64,000 bases of DNA, taken from contig JBEWZL010000276.1 of NCBI GenBank assembly GCA_045837725.1, forward strand, positions 372,001 to 436,000. Direction: 5' to 3'. The translations under genes and the position numbers were made by a program. Below the pieces are notes generated by a model. It did not search any database. It was not told the DNA's origin and worked only from the letters and a program-made list of their open reading frames with translations. The DNA is from Vermamoeba vermiformis. Its lineage: Eukaryota. This document shows positions 14,200 through 26,565 of this stretch, one piece after another; position 1 is the stretch's first letter, and the number at the start of each line of letters is the position of its first letter.

Positions 14200-14398
14200 C
14201 GTGTTGCTTCAATTCAAAAAATTGATCTGAAAATTTCCAGCCAATAATGTCTCCAATCGTAGGTCGAATATTTACGCAACGTCTGTTCAAGCAAAAGCTA
14301 GCGTAGTCTTACAATTCACAAAGAATAATAATTCGCAAAAGAGCAACTTATTTATTGACGTTATTGTGCTTAGCGTTTTACTGCATTGACAAGTTTAT

Positions 14399-15338
14399 TC
14401 AGATAGTCTGTGTGACCAACAAAAACTTCGGGTTCATTGTAGGATTATCTGCAAATGTACTGCACAACCATTCCAAAATGTCTGCATGGCCACGTTTGGC
14501 AGCTACATTTATTGCTCGCATTATTGAAGTGTTTGATACTCCACATTTCACCGCAAGCAGCTTTGCTGCTTCTATGTGTCCATATTTTATTGCGCTACGA
14601 AATGGTTTATAATCCTTCACAGAAGCATCGACACGGGAGTCGGCAAGCAACCGTTCAATCATTGACAAACGACCGAAGCGTGCTGCGTATAAAATGGGCC
14701 TGTTAGTAGTTGGCTCGTAGGTTTTACCGGAAAAGGGACTACTGAATTTTTCACACTCGCTAATGTCAGATGCTGAGGGGTCTACTCGTTTGTCTTGCAT
14801 GAGTAAATTAAATATCTCTGCGTTATTTGACCCGATCGCTGCTGCTAACGCACTGTTATTCCCAACTGATGGATCGACACCAAGCTGCAACATTAACTTG
14901 ACACTATCATTCATGTTAGCGATGATTAATATTTCCATTGGAGTTACTGCTGGAAAATAACCCGTTTGTCGTTTTGTGTAAGGTTCAAAATTAGGGTGCT
15001 GTATAAACTGTTCCACGATGCATTCGTATTTTTCTTCTACTGCTGTTCCAAAGACATCGTTTCCGTCGTGGCTGGAAAACCCTTCTGCAAGCGAGAGCAT
15101 TATCGAGGCTGACATAAGTGAACGACTGTAAATATAACGTTGCAACTGGAAAATATAAGTGCTTTTGTCAGCAGCGGAAGCTAATCGAGTCAACGCAGAA
15201 CGAAAGTAGAATCTCGACACTAGTAACCATCCAGAAGGACCTAATGGCAAGATATGATTCGTAATGAGTTCCGTGGGGAGTGATTGGATAGTAAATACAC
15301 CACTAATGATTCGCAAAGAATTATCGCTGGATGTCCAT
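14399..15338 (-). CDS. Intronless F-box-like + ankyrin-repeat protein
   Basis: SLPTELITNHIL (F-box-like) and ankyrin repeats DPSVGNNSALAAAIGSNNAEIFNLLMQDKRVDPSA and PILYAARFGRLSMIERLLADSRVDAS. The ATG at 15338 is one base out of frame with the ORF. Confidence 0.7.
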
Positions 15339-15584
15339 TAGTAAATTAATTAGTAGAAAACAATAATTTATTTTTGTAATTGTAATAACATTTAAAAAAG
15401 TTCGGTAGATTTGCGTAAACAAAACAGTAGAAATTCTAAATGTTTCCGTACCTTGCCATTTCAATACTTGCTATGCAAAAAAAAAAAACCGAGTTGTGGT
15501 AATGTTTCCTAGCCAATGAAATATTTAGTGCTTGTTATTTTTTTACTGTTCGGTCTGGTATAACACTGAATACACACGAGCACA

Positions 15585-17148
15585 ATGGAATCCGTTCCTC
15601 CCCCACCACAAGACGCTACAAAGAAGAGTGAAGCTGATAAGGAAGCTGAGAAACGTCAATACATCGCCGACTGTTGGGCCAAAGAAGAAGCGCTAACTCT
15701 TGAACAGCGTAGACAACGCTATGCAAATGCGAATTTTGTAACTATCAAAGAGATTGCCCCGTGGACAATTCAGCAGATCAGCGCAGGTAATTCAACTTCG
15801 AATTCTAATTTAAAAATTGAATTTTTCACTCGTTTATTTATACATTAATTTAAAAATGAGTGATTCATAATTCTTCATAAAACAGAATTAATTTGAGCGT
15901 TTTCAATTTTTTCTAATTTTTCTAAATCAATCCCTTGTTATAATTTTATGGATCGCACTAAATAATTATTAGGTCTTGTAATATATTCTTCACTTCCCGA
16001 CTCATTGAAGGGTCAAATGAAGTCATCAACTGAAGTTCTCGCCGATCAACTTAATAATCTTAAGGTGGAAAAGACTGAGACTCCCAAGGTGATTACCAAG
16101 ATTAAAATTATCTCTAATACGACTATTATTTATCGGTCATAATATTAGGAGACCGACTACAAGCCCAACGCAGAACTCAACAGAAAAGTGTGCACTTGGC
16201 GAGGAAACAGTAAGGAGGAATCAGATTTAATGACGTTATTATTAACGACTATGATTTATTAGTCACTACACTGGAGATCGACGCCATTGTCAATGCTGCG
16301 AACAGATCTATGTTAGGCGGTGGAGGAGGTATGTTGCACGAGTCACAGCGACGTCCTATATGCTGCAGTACTTTTGAGACACTAATCAATCGTGTGTAGT
16401 CGACGGTGCCATTCACGACGCAGCCGGCAATCAATTATATCTTGAATGCAAGCGACACAACGGTTGTGCAACTGGTGACGCGAAGATTACTCGAGGTACG
16501 CAGCTGTCATCTCATTCAATGCTTCAATAACGCTAACCCTTAACAATAGGCTATGCTTTGCCTGCCAAATGTAAGTTACTTGTGCAATTGAAGTTGCAGA
16601 TGAGGCCAAGAATTAACGTGCGGCAGATGTCATTCACACTGTCGGACCGATCGGTGAAATCCCTGACAAGTTGGAGAGCTGTTACAAGCGATGTTTGGAC
16701 ATTGTGGCCGAGCGCAACATTCGCACCATTGCATTCTGCGGTGTCAGCACTGGTATCTATGGTTATCCGCTCTACGCTGCTTCACGGTACGTGCTCGTTA
16801 CCTGAACGCCCTGTCAGGCACTAAATATCTCTTAGAATTGCTCTTAAGACTGTTCGTGAGTGGTTAGAGACGGGTGACAACAAAAACAAAGTAGATCTGA
16901 TCATTTTCTGCACATTTTTGCCGCGTGAGGAAACCTGTTACATGGAATTACTCGCTGAATATTTCCCTGCAGTGCAAGACAATGAATTTATCGAGAAGTA
17001 TGACAAAGAGAGGAAAGAATTTGCATCTGAGCTCGAGCAGTTAAATAAGATCAGATCCGATCTGGCAAAACGAGATCCACGGAGCGTTAGAGAGGACTAC
17101 CCTGATATCTCGAGCGACGATACTGACAGCGACTCCGATGACTTCTAA
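15585..17148 (+). CDS. Macrodomain ADP-ribose glycohydrolase (MacroD1/2-like)
   Basis: Spliced motifs [55 protein letters not shown] and [14 protein letters not shown]. Confidence 0.92.
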
Positions 17149-17341
17149 GCTATAAGCCACTGCTGTACCGTTTGAGCGTTGTAATAAATATTCGTTTTTG
17201 ATTGCCGCCGTTTTTTTTATTCCTTTGTTCGGTGACAGACAACAAGTCACCGCATTATTTGTGCAGTATTTATTTGTTTTATTGTAAATATAATTTGTAT
17301 CAATTGTAAATAGTTTAATTATTCCAATAATAACACAAGTA

Positions 17342-18927
17342 ATGGAGGTAAGAATTGCACATCTGAATAGGCGAATTAATCCAAACCAATTTTATATAAC
17401 TGCACATAACATATAGTACAATTTAATTAACCAATATCAAATATTGAAAATTGAGTTTTTACCAACAATATTTTTGTTATTCGGAATTGAATTCACACGT
17501 AATCTTCGTTTGCTGCGTAATACTGACCTCATATAATTTTTTCAGCCTCATAATCCCGTTGTATTACAATACCCCGACCTATTGCTTCCTTATTTGCAGC
17601 ACTTCGGAGTTGGCTTAGCTGCCGGTCAAGACTCGTCAGAACCGCCTTTAGAAAAGCTAATAACACGCATATTTATCAAGCTACCAATACCAGTACGCAA
17701 TTTCATTACCAACTCGCAACACATTCTTGCTGAAGAAGACTTTGAACGCCACAAATTACACGTAGCTAAGCGGATTGGCCAAGAGTTTCTGGATTCAGGC
17801 TGTGCGCGGTGGGCAATCGGTAAGACTCACACGGGCAGTAAAAATTAAGAACGGCGAGTCTAAAATACCACAATTAAATTTTTGAGCATCAAGACCAGCG
17901 AGATAAATTTTTGTCGCTGTGTACACGAGGAATGGACCAGTAGCTCAAAGTAGAGCCCTCGCCTGCCCTTCGGGGTTAACGACTGACTTCCACAGGACAC
18001 TGTTTGGATTTCCAGAAGTTTCTAGTTATGTAATACGAGTGGTTGCATGTTCGAGTCATGCCTGGTCCAATTTCTTTTTTGCCGCTCGCTACCTTTAATT
18101 TATTTATTATTTGCTAAACAATACTAATTCTTATAATTGTTGTTTAGATCAAATGTGGCCGCAGTGGGTAGATCTGCGTGAATCGTACCTCGATGGACTC
18201 GCAGCGTTCAACTACCCTTTTGCATTCTTCTCTGGCTTTGCTTGTGGCTTCTGTTACCTGTTCCTCAAAGGAGGCTTCAAGCGAGACGGCAAGAAGAAGA
18301 ATATACAACTCAATGCTAATGTAGAAGCCATTCAAGAGTTCAAAAAGAGCAGATCTGTCGCGGAGTTCTGGCCTCGTGTGCGCAACATGCTGGGCCACCT
18401 GGGCTTTAGCTACGTGTTCTTGAAGTACCCTCGACAGCTATTCGAGACTATTTTCCCTAAATTCTTATTCACATTCCACGTACGATCACAACAACTCGGC
18501 ATCAACTTTGGATTCAGCTTGTCAGATGCGCTCTCAACGATCGGCCCTATCTTGTCTTGGTCACGTGGCATGTTTGCAATGATCACACTATTCGAGATGT
18601 TCCAATCTCACGCTGAAGAGAGCGAAAGAAAGCGGCTTAGAAGCAATGCAACCAGCGCAGATCAAAACCTCGTTGTCTGAAGAGGATCTGAAGCACCCGC
18701 ACATTGATGAATTCGAAGTCGTGCAGCGCGAGGTCCACAACCTCGTCGTGCAAGTCGTAGGCCAGCGCACAATCAAAGCAGTGACCGTGTTTTGGCCGTT
18801 CATGAAACACATGCTTGCGATTCAATGGCGGTTCTCACACGTGCGCAAGTTCTCGCGGGCAAAAATTGGCGCTATGGGACCACTAAACTTTTGGATTTGG
18901 ACTGGCTTTGCTTACTTTAGCTACTAG
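17342..18927 (+). CDS. Uncharacterised protein with hydrophobic segments; host gene of the intronic tRNA-like element; apparent +1 frameshift at ~18638
   Basis: ATGGAG/gtaag first exon, exon ~17546-17819, intron 17820-18148, then ORFs 18111-18680 and 18646-18927 that join with a single-base shift. Confidence 0.5.
17934..18069 (+). tRNA. tRNA or tRNA-like gene with a ~65-nt insert in the anticodon loop; isotype ambiguous (Gly-GCC if the intron is canonical 37/38, GTA if non-canonical)
   Basis: Acceptor stem GGACCAG/CTGGTCC + A. D arm GCTC-AAAGTA-GAGC. Anticodon stem CTCG/CGAG. 5-nt variable loop. T arm GCATG-TTCGAGT-CATGC. Downstream T-run (Pol III terminator-like). Confidence 0.7.
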
Positions 18928-19217
18928 CGAGCACGGCAATTTTGTTATTTTGTACATTCGAAGAAAGCCGTTGGTAAAATAAGTTTACAATGATGGGCAT
19001 TTCATATAATCGCCGAGGTCCTATGGTATGGTCCTAATCGCATAATGGAACCACTAGACCACATTTGGTGTGCTTGTGGTACGCGATCTGTCACTCTTGT
19101 CACCAGGAACATGTCAAACGCGCAGTTTTGGCTTTTTGACATTTAGATTTTTCTTGCAGTTTAGTGAAGGCCACAGTTGATTTCAAAGCATCAATTGTGT
19201 TTATTTATTCCAGCACA

Positions 19218-22200
19218 ATGGCCTCTAACTTCATCAAATTGGCTGCATTGACAGTCTTGCTTGGATTTGTTGTTGCACAAGAGCGTAAGCTGCATTTATT
19301 TAAGAATCCTATTTACGCGGGCTTAATTTAATGCGCCCTATTAATTGATGATTGACACGGATGATTTGATTATTTTTATTTTTGGAGGATTGGAGATTTG
19401 GAGCCAGTTAAACTCGTCTTCTTTACCTTCAGTTGCTAATCATTTTTATTCTAGCAATCGGTCTTGTGGACTCCTTCAGAGCTCCCTTTAACTTGCCTCA
19501 AGGTGCTACCCAATATTTCTCTTTGGCCGTTCCTCAACCAGACTTGGTTGTTTATGCTTACGTTCAATGCACTACGACTGATCTCCTCAGATTTACTGGT
19601 AAATATTATAGAGTATCCTCAGTCTAGTAACACAAACACACAACGGGAGCGGATGCGAATTTTCGAACGAAGTTGTTCCTTTATCTTCTTTAAGCTTCAT
19701 TTGGTCGTAAATTTAATTCTTTGATGACATTTGCACATTACAAGCTAAATTAGATATTTGTATTTGACCTCTTGGATGAGATCGAATCTCCAAAACTTCT
19801 AGAAGGCTCGACTGTTCTACCTCAAAATCAATTTCCTTCTTTGCAATATTTCCGTATCGAAAAAATCTTCTCGAAACTAATATCTTTACTTATTTCAGAT
19901 GAGTTTAACGTCACTTCCCGTTTGAATGATCTGCCCACTGCCACTCAATACGAGAACCGAGCTCAAGTCGAGACTATCATCCGCGAGGCTTTTGCTATTA
20001 AAGAAATTTTGGTCCCTGCTGATAGTACGTATGACCATTTGCATGAAATTTTTGACAGATGCGCAATCACATTTTTGATTCAATTTAATTTATTCGGTTA
20101 ATTAGATACTAATTGCGTCTAATCTATAGTTTCTGGCAACGGTACTTGGTTCTTTGCTGTTACAAACACATTCTCTGATGCTTTGGATTGCAACATTTTG
20201 GCGAACTCGAACGGTAGGCCCGATCTGGTCTTATTTTCTTCGACTATGAAACTAATTCTAGGAACAGAGTTGATCACTCCTGAGCCTAACACTCTTACTG
20301 ACGTCCAATTGCTGACTCCTCAATGGCAATTCTTCAATATGCACGTCCCTGCGGATCAGATCCTTTCCATCATTGCCGTGCACGCGCGTGTTGAGTTCTT
20401 GAGCTACGAGTTGACCTTCAACTTGCAGGCTGACACCTACCCTCTCATCTCCTCACCTGGCATCACCCCCGATCTCTTCTTGCACCAACGCACCGAGTTC
20501 AATGAGGTGATCATCCCCAACTCCAACGAGGGTCAAAACTACTTTTTGGCCTCGTACGTCTTGTTCAACGGTGTGCCCGTCAACGTGCCCATTGACTACC
20601 AACTCTTCTTCAACTTGGGTCAAGAGCGCCCTCTTCAATCACTGGTCACTTTCGAAGACGACGTCAAGTCCTTGGAGAGCGATTACTTCTTGATCGACGT
20701 CAACTCTGCCGGCGTTGCCATCTTCATTTCGTTGGACGCTGACAACTTTGTTGAGCCTTTGGTTTCTTACCTCCAATACCCCACTCTCAAGAACCACATT
20801 GACTTGTTCGAGGAGTACGTCACTCCCGATGAGAACGTCACTCTCACCAACGGAACTCGTAAGTGTCCTATAGGATTAAGGAAGACCTCGTATCTAACGT
20901 CGTAATGCAGACTCGTTCAACTACCGCGCTGTCATCCCCAGCTCGCAAGTCAAAGAGGGTGAATATCACTTGCGTATCTTCAACTTCTTGGCCAATCAAA
21001 TCAACTACGCCGTCACTTACGAGCTTGTTGGTACGTAATATTTCGAGTACATGCATTACGACGCCTGAATTAACTGTGCGTGTAGATGAAATGAAGATCG
21101 AATGGAACCAACAAATCACCGCTGTCCTCCTTGCCAACAGATCCAACTCTTACCTCGTCTCCGTCAACAGAAACGACCTCATGCTCAACATTGTCACTCA
21201 ATCCAACAGCGACTTTGTTATCCAAGTTCAACTCGACAACTACCCCTGTGACTTTGACAGCTACGAGATCTTTGCTGAAGACACTTGGACTGACGGTAAG
21301 TTAGTTGTAAGCACCGAGTTTAATGCCCAATACTAACGTGTAGTATTAACAGACCAAGGCACCGTTCACAAGCACGTTATTGTTCGTCCTCCTCAAGACG
21401 GCAGTGTTGGCACATGGCACATCTTGGTGCAACACAAGCGTGACAACTTGGAACAAGATTTGACTTACAACATGGCTGTCTTCGGCTCTAGTACGTCGTT
21501 ATTAATGTCGAGTTTGATTGACGTTACTAACCCTTTACACTCGCAGCTGAACGTCCTCTTGACGAGTACTCGTTAGTCACTGGTACTTTGCCCCGTGGTG
21601 GCTTCGATTACTTCCGCATGGAGATGCCCGCTAGCGACATGTTCAACTGGTACGTCGCAGTTGAGGGTTCACGTAAGTATTCGCAGATATCGTTAGCTTG
21701 GTTCTATTGCGGACCTAATTGATATTTGTAGCCAACTTGATCAACGCTATCATCCAAAAGGGTCAGTACCCTACCACTATGGAGAACAACCAAAACCGCC
21801 TCGTTGCTCGTGAAATCTTGTCTGATGAGTACGTACTAACTTTGATTGCAACTACCTGTATCGATGATACTAATATTGGTGTCCAGCTTCTCTCTCACTG
21901 AGATCCTCGTCAGATCTGATGTTATGGAAGAAGGCAACTGGTTCTTGCGATTGGACAACCCTGCTCGCTTCAATCCTCCCGCTCAAGACCCCAGCGACAA
22001 CACTAGCGTCCCTCAAACGCGCGACTACTCTCAATACTCCATGCGCTCTCACTACGTCGAGTTGACTCCTCTCGAAGTCGGTGCTGACCCTACCCGTGTC
22101 GTGCTCAGCGGTCACAGATTGGCATTCCTTCGCGTCCCCGTCATCACTGCCGCCAGCCCTCTCGTTCTCACCGTCACTCCTGCGTAAGTCTTAACACTCG

Positions 22201-22810
22201 CCCTATTGTGTCAATCAATCTAATATCTCCACAGTGACGTTCAAGTTATTGCTCGCTTCGGTGACTTCCCCTTGACTCTCGCGCAATCACCTGTTTCTTC
22301 TGTCAGCGTTGATGTTGCCAATGACTTCATGACCATCACCATCGGCAACGACCTTTTGACTGCTGGCAACTACTTCTTCCGCGTAAGTTGTCTCATTCGT
22401 CTTACAGCCGACAAGCACTAACACTTTGCAACAGATCCAAGCCAATTCTTTGTTGTCTGACGTCTCAGTCCGTGCCTCATTTGACATCCCCGCTGCTCCC
22501 ACCGATGTGGTCCAACCTCCTGTCACTCAAGATACCCCTACCGCCACACCTCAAGACGACAGTGCCTTGACTCCCGCTGACCGCGAAGGTCTCAACGGCT
22601 ACCAAATCGCTTTGGTCGTCATCATCGTCGTCTTCTTCGTTGTCTTTGTTGGTCTCTTGTCCGTCATCATTATGCAACGCAATGCTATCAAGCGTTTGGG
22701 TGGCGCTGGCGTAAGTTTTGAGAATTTAAAATGATAAATAACGATCGATAATAATGGATTTGTTATCATAGGGCAAGACTAACTTGGAGTACACCTTGTT
22801 GGAGAAATAA
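19218..22810 (+). CDS. Large type I membrane protein with repeated PPC-like beta-sandwich modules
   Basis: Signal peptide MASNFIKLAALTVLLGFVVA. Repeated hydrophobic-x-Y/FP motifs (LQADTYP, VSYLQYPT, VQLDNYPC, IQKGQYPT, ARFGDFPL). TM IALVVIIVVFFVVFVGLLSVII. Tail GKTNLEYTLLEK. Confidence 0.7.
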
Positions 22811-23010
22811 GTATAATTTTGATTCTTTCGGAGGAATTCACCTCGCTGAATTATATTACAATAAATTTTGATAATTTTACTTAAACCGTGACATCAATCG
22901 TTCAGAAAAAGTTTAAAGCAGGATCCCAGTGGAAAATGACGTGGAGTGATTCAAAACACGAAGGTATTATTATATTACATACTATTTACAAGAAGGAAAG
23001 TGAAAGCGCT

Positions 23011-23645
23011 CTAACTAACAACCTGGATCGGGATGTCGTGGAGTAGTTGCAACTTTGGCGGTGGCGGCAAAGGCTGTGATAATCGGAACCGAGACTGACT
23101 AGCAGCTATAGCTGTAAGAAGTGGTAAGATTAATGAATAGAAACGCTAATGGTTTGGCCTACAAATGTAGATCCTGATCGATAATTTTTTAAGGATGATT
23201 TAAATTCTTACCCAAATATGAGGAAACAGCGGTAATTATATTATCTGCGCCTTCATATTGTGGCTTCGGTGTTGTAGGTACAGTAATGTCGGGTCTGCTC
23301 GTGTACATTAACGCTGCCTCTTCATATTCTGGTTTCGTCGCTGATTTCTGTTCAATTCTCTCTTCAGTTTTTTGAGCAATTTGGGGCTCAGGAGTCTTAA
23401 TAGGCTCAATATTTACAGGTTTTGGTGCAGGAGCTGGCTCGGATGCAGGTGTCGGCCTAATTTTAAAATAATATAATATTAAATTTCGTATTTTTTCGTT
23501 GCTTCGTAATGACGTAAACTATCAAAATTATACTGGTAGTAATATTTCCATAATATTCGCTTTGTTAGGAGCGTAATTTGTTGAGATATAATAATTCGAC
23601 GTACGTTGCCGTAACGTTCTTGGCTTTGGACTTCTTCTGTCCCAT
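23011..23645 (-). CDS. Small Pro-rich protein with a putative N-myristoylation start (MGQKKS), 3 exons
   Basis: ATG GGA CAG AAG AAG TCC exon with a gtacg donor, an open middle exon (PTPASEPAPAPKP...) and a last exon ending TAG at 23011. Confidence 0.5.
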
Positions 23646-24101
23646 ATTTATTCAAGACAGTACTGTTTTATAAAGCGTAGGTGCTTTCGTTATGTTACGT
23701 TGAAAATAATACTTGCGGAATTCGTGAAGAAAAAATGTTCCTTTTGCTTCTATTTTTAGTGCCAGCCTTTTTTGAACTTGTACTTTCAATCGTTAGAGAA
23801 GAAGTGAATCTAGTGTTGTAAAATTGTGTAAAAAATAGCGTCAAATAAAGAGCACTCTAAGCACGGAGTAAACGATTATTCAAAAATATCGTATTTATTG
23901 TACTTTACAAAGTAGACCTGAGTTTGCACAAAAATTTATTGCTGAACTTACCTGCATAGAACTGCAGGAGATATACAGTCTGGAGATATTGACGTTAGTC
24001 CATACAATTCGATCCCTATGTGGCCTCGAGTTGGTACACGGAGCAGATCGCGTTACATCAGCAGACTTGATATTTGCCACGAGACATTCACGTTATGGAG
24101 A

Positions 24102-26400
24102 TCAGCGGATTTGAGCGACCAGAAACGAAAATATTCCGCTGAAGAATTCGCTGAAGTTGTTTCGACAAACTACGAATGACTTGGCGTGTTTGTTTTCTTT
24201 CTTATCAGGCCTGTCACTCACAAACTGATTCGTCAAGTAGACGAAGAAATTGTTTTTCAATGCCACAGGACTGCTTTCTGCCATTTGTTGTTCTCTCGTA
24301 CACGCACTATTTGAGTTGCCAACAGATGTTCCGTGAGCAATTGTTGAAAACTTCAAATGAATGGAGATGTTGTTCGGTAATAGAAGCAGCGCATCTTGGT
24401 GCAGATCCGTCTTGCCAACCCAAAAAGCGATCGGTACGTGCTTCCTGATATCTTCAAATGTCTTCGGTATCACTCCTTTGGTCTCCACGTGGTGAAAGGA
24501 CGTCAAATTTGCAGCTGTGTGATGAATAATATTGATAGTCTTCTCGCCGATCTCGAAATTTCCCGTTACATCATTCGCCATCCACGCTCCTTTGAAAAAC
24601 TCTGCAATATCGATCACTTCGAACTTCGTCTCCACGAATAGATTATATTTCAGTACGAGGAACGAGAGACAGAACTGTTCGAAAGTTTGGTCGTCAAATG
24701 TTCCGCACAAGCAGAGATCCGCGTACGTGACGAATATTTTCCGATAAACGTTCTCTTTGTGCAAAGACTTAACTGAATTTCGCAGGAAGATGAGCGGAAT
24801 AAAAAACTCGTTTCTCTCTCGCGTAAATAATCTTCCGTCGTAGGTGAGCTCCATCACCACATTTAAAATCTCCGGCTTTTTCCAGCGCAATAATATCATC
24901 CAAAGTCCATCTTTGTACCATCACTAACAAAGCTGCGTGCAATTGCTCCATGGGTATCGTCCACCTTTCAACTTTCTCGGCAAACACGTCACACATGTTG
25001 ATCACGGAGCTGGAGGACGTGAACGGTGATGGATCGTTATCGAGCTCCTTTGAAAAGAGTTCCCACACACGCGGAATATTTCCAATCAACTCTAACAGCG
25101 CGGCAATGTTCGGTGAATCAAAGATCGTGCTGAGCGATGGGTGTTTCGATTTAAGCAGTGCAATGCCATCAGCTGGAGTTAATGGATCGAATTGGATGGG
25201 ACTCCACTGATACCTTGTCTGGGCCAGTAGTGTTGTCGAGTGTAACTCAAATGTACCAGTGAAGAGGTTGAAAACTGCGGCGTTGTAGGCTGCAGCGTTG
25301 ACCGTGAACTCCATCGCGGATGTTATGTACTTGTAGATAAGGCTGTTTTGACGAGTTTCGTTATTCAGGCTGCGAGAACTGTTGTGGCGTTGTTAATGTT
25401 TGCATCTCGTCGTGCCCGGAAAGTATTAAGAATGGCTCGTCATCGCGTATTTTCTGCACTATTCTGATGGCTTGCAGCAATATTGCGGGTTCCAGGAAAA
25501 GTTTCTCGAGACGAGTCTGACGAATCGCATTCAGCAGACTATTAATAGTAACGCCGTTGAGGCGCTGCTCATTTTGCTCTTCTAATAGCAACTGTGATGC
25601 TATGGCAGCACTTATATAGAGGCGTACGTCTGTTTCATCTGATTTCACCTGCTGACCATTAAACTGTGGGATCCAAACTCGCAAAACGCGGTGAGAGGCG
25701 AGAAATTCTGCAACTTCCGGATATTCCTAAAAATAACGTTATTTTAATGATACATGAGCGTTGGCATTCTTACTGTGGGATGTTTGCTAATATAATCGCG
25801 AAGATGTTCCAGCAAGAAATGATTAAAAAACGTTTTACCAGATCCTGATCCGTTGAATATGCAAGGAGCAGACCATTGCTGCGTTATTGTATGCTCTTGG
25901 CTCAAGGAGCCTTGAATTTTAGGCCGTTTCAACCGCTGCAGAATATCGAGAAGATTGTTTAGCGCGGATTTGCATGCAGCATCGCGCGGTGCCGTAGCAC
26001 GTTGGAAATAGCGCGCTTCCGAGCGCTCAATACTGGTATATTGTACTTGTTTGACAAGGAATATTAAGGCTTCTGTTGAAACAGGTGTCAATATAATAAA
26101 TTATTTCAGAAATAAAAATAATTGATGTTTATTTTGGAATATTCACAAAATAATCTATCAATTTAAGCATAAGTGTTAGTGCCAACTTTTGTTTATAAAA
26201 ATCCAGATCTAAATCCGGTACCTAAATTAACAAAATATCTGACCTGGATTTTCGGCAAGGGCGAGAGTAGCAAAGTCTTCTGCCAAAGTTTTATCCTCCA
26301 TTAGAATGGAGCTTGGCGGAATGACGATTATCTGGCTTGTGGTGCTTGTTTACTCTACCCAAAAATGGCGGTTCGGTCGAACTTTATCCATATCTGTCAT
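24102..26400 (-). pseudogene. Crinkler/RHS (CR)-type effector: P-loop NTPase + restriction-endonuclease-like C-terminus, interrupted as assembled
   Basis: Walker A NGSGSGKT, Walker B-like LILSGHDEMQ, IGNIPR, FFIPLIFL, FEQFCLSFLVLK, QDALLLL...HLK and VVCRNNFSEFF. Two +1 frameshifts (~25378, ~24865) and an in-frame TAA (26350-26352) in a degenerate N-terminal ...QIIVIPP segment. A downstream ATG at 26301 is possible. Confidence 0.65.
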
Positions 26401-26565
26401 TTTGCTAATACACGTGAATTATTTGCCCTATCATTACGATCGTAAGCAAGGGAATGTAAGTCTCATCAACGGACTTGTTTTCAGTTTAACAGAATAATCG
26501 CAGAATTCAAGGTGTTTAAAAGTCAACCGTGTAATTTTTGTTTATTTTATTTTGTATTTACACGT

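Noticed and set aside
17965-18030. Group I intron or hammerhead ribozyme in the tRNA-like insert
   Set aside because: Too short for a group I core and lacks the CUGANGA/GAAA hammerhead core.
23895-24080. Possible C-terminal extension of the CRN-like gene
   Set aside because: Separated from the gene by stop codons, with no recognisable domain.
25727-25773. Apparent frameshift between CRN ORFs 25744-26091 and 25361-25684
   Set aside because: Explained by a 47-nt GTAAGA...TTTAG intron.
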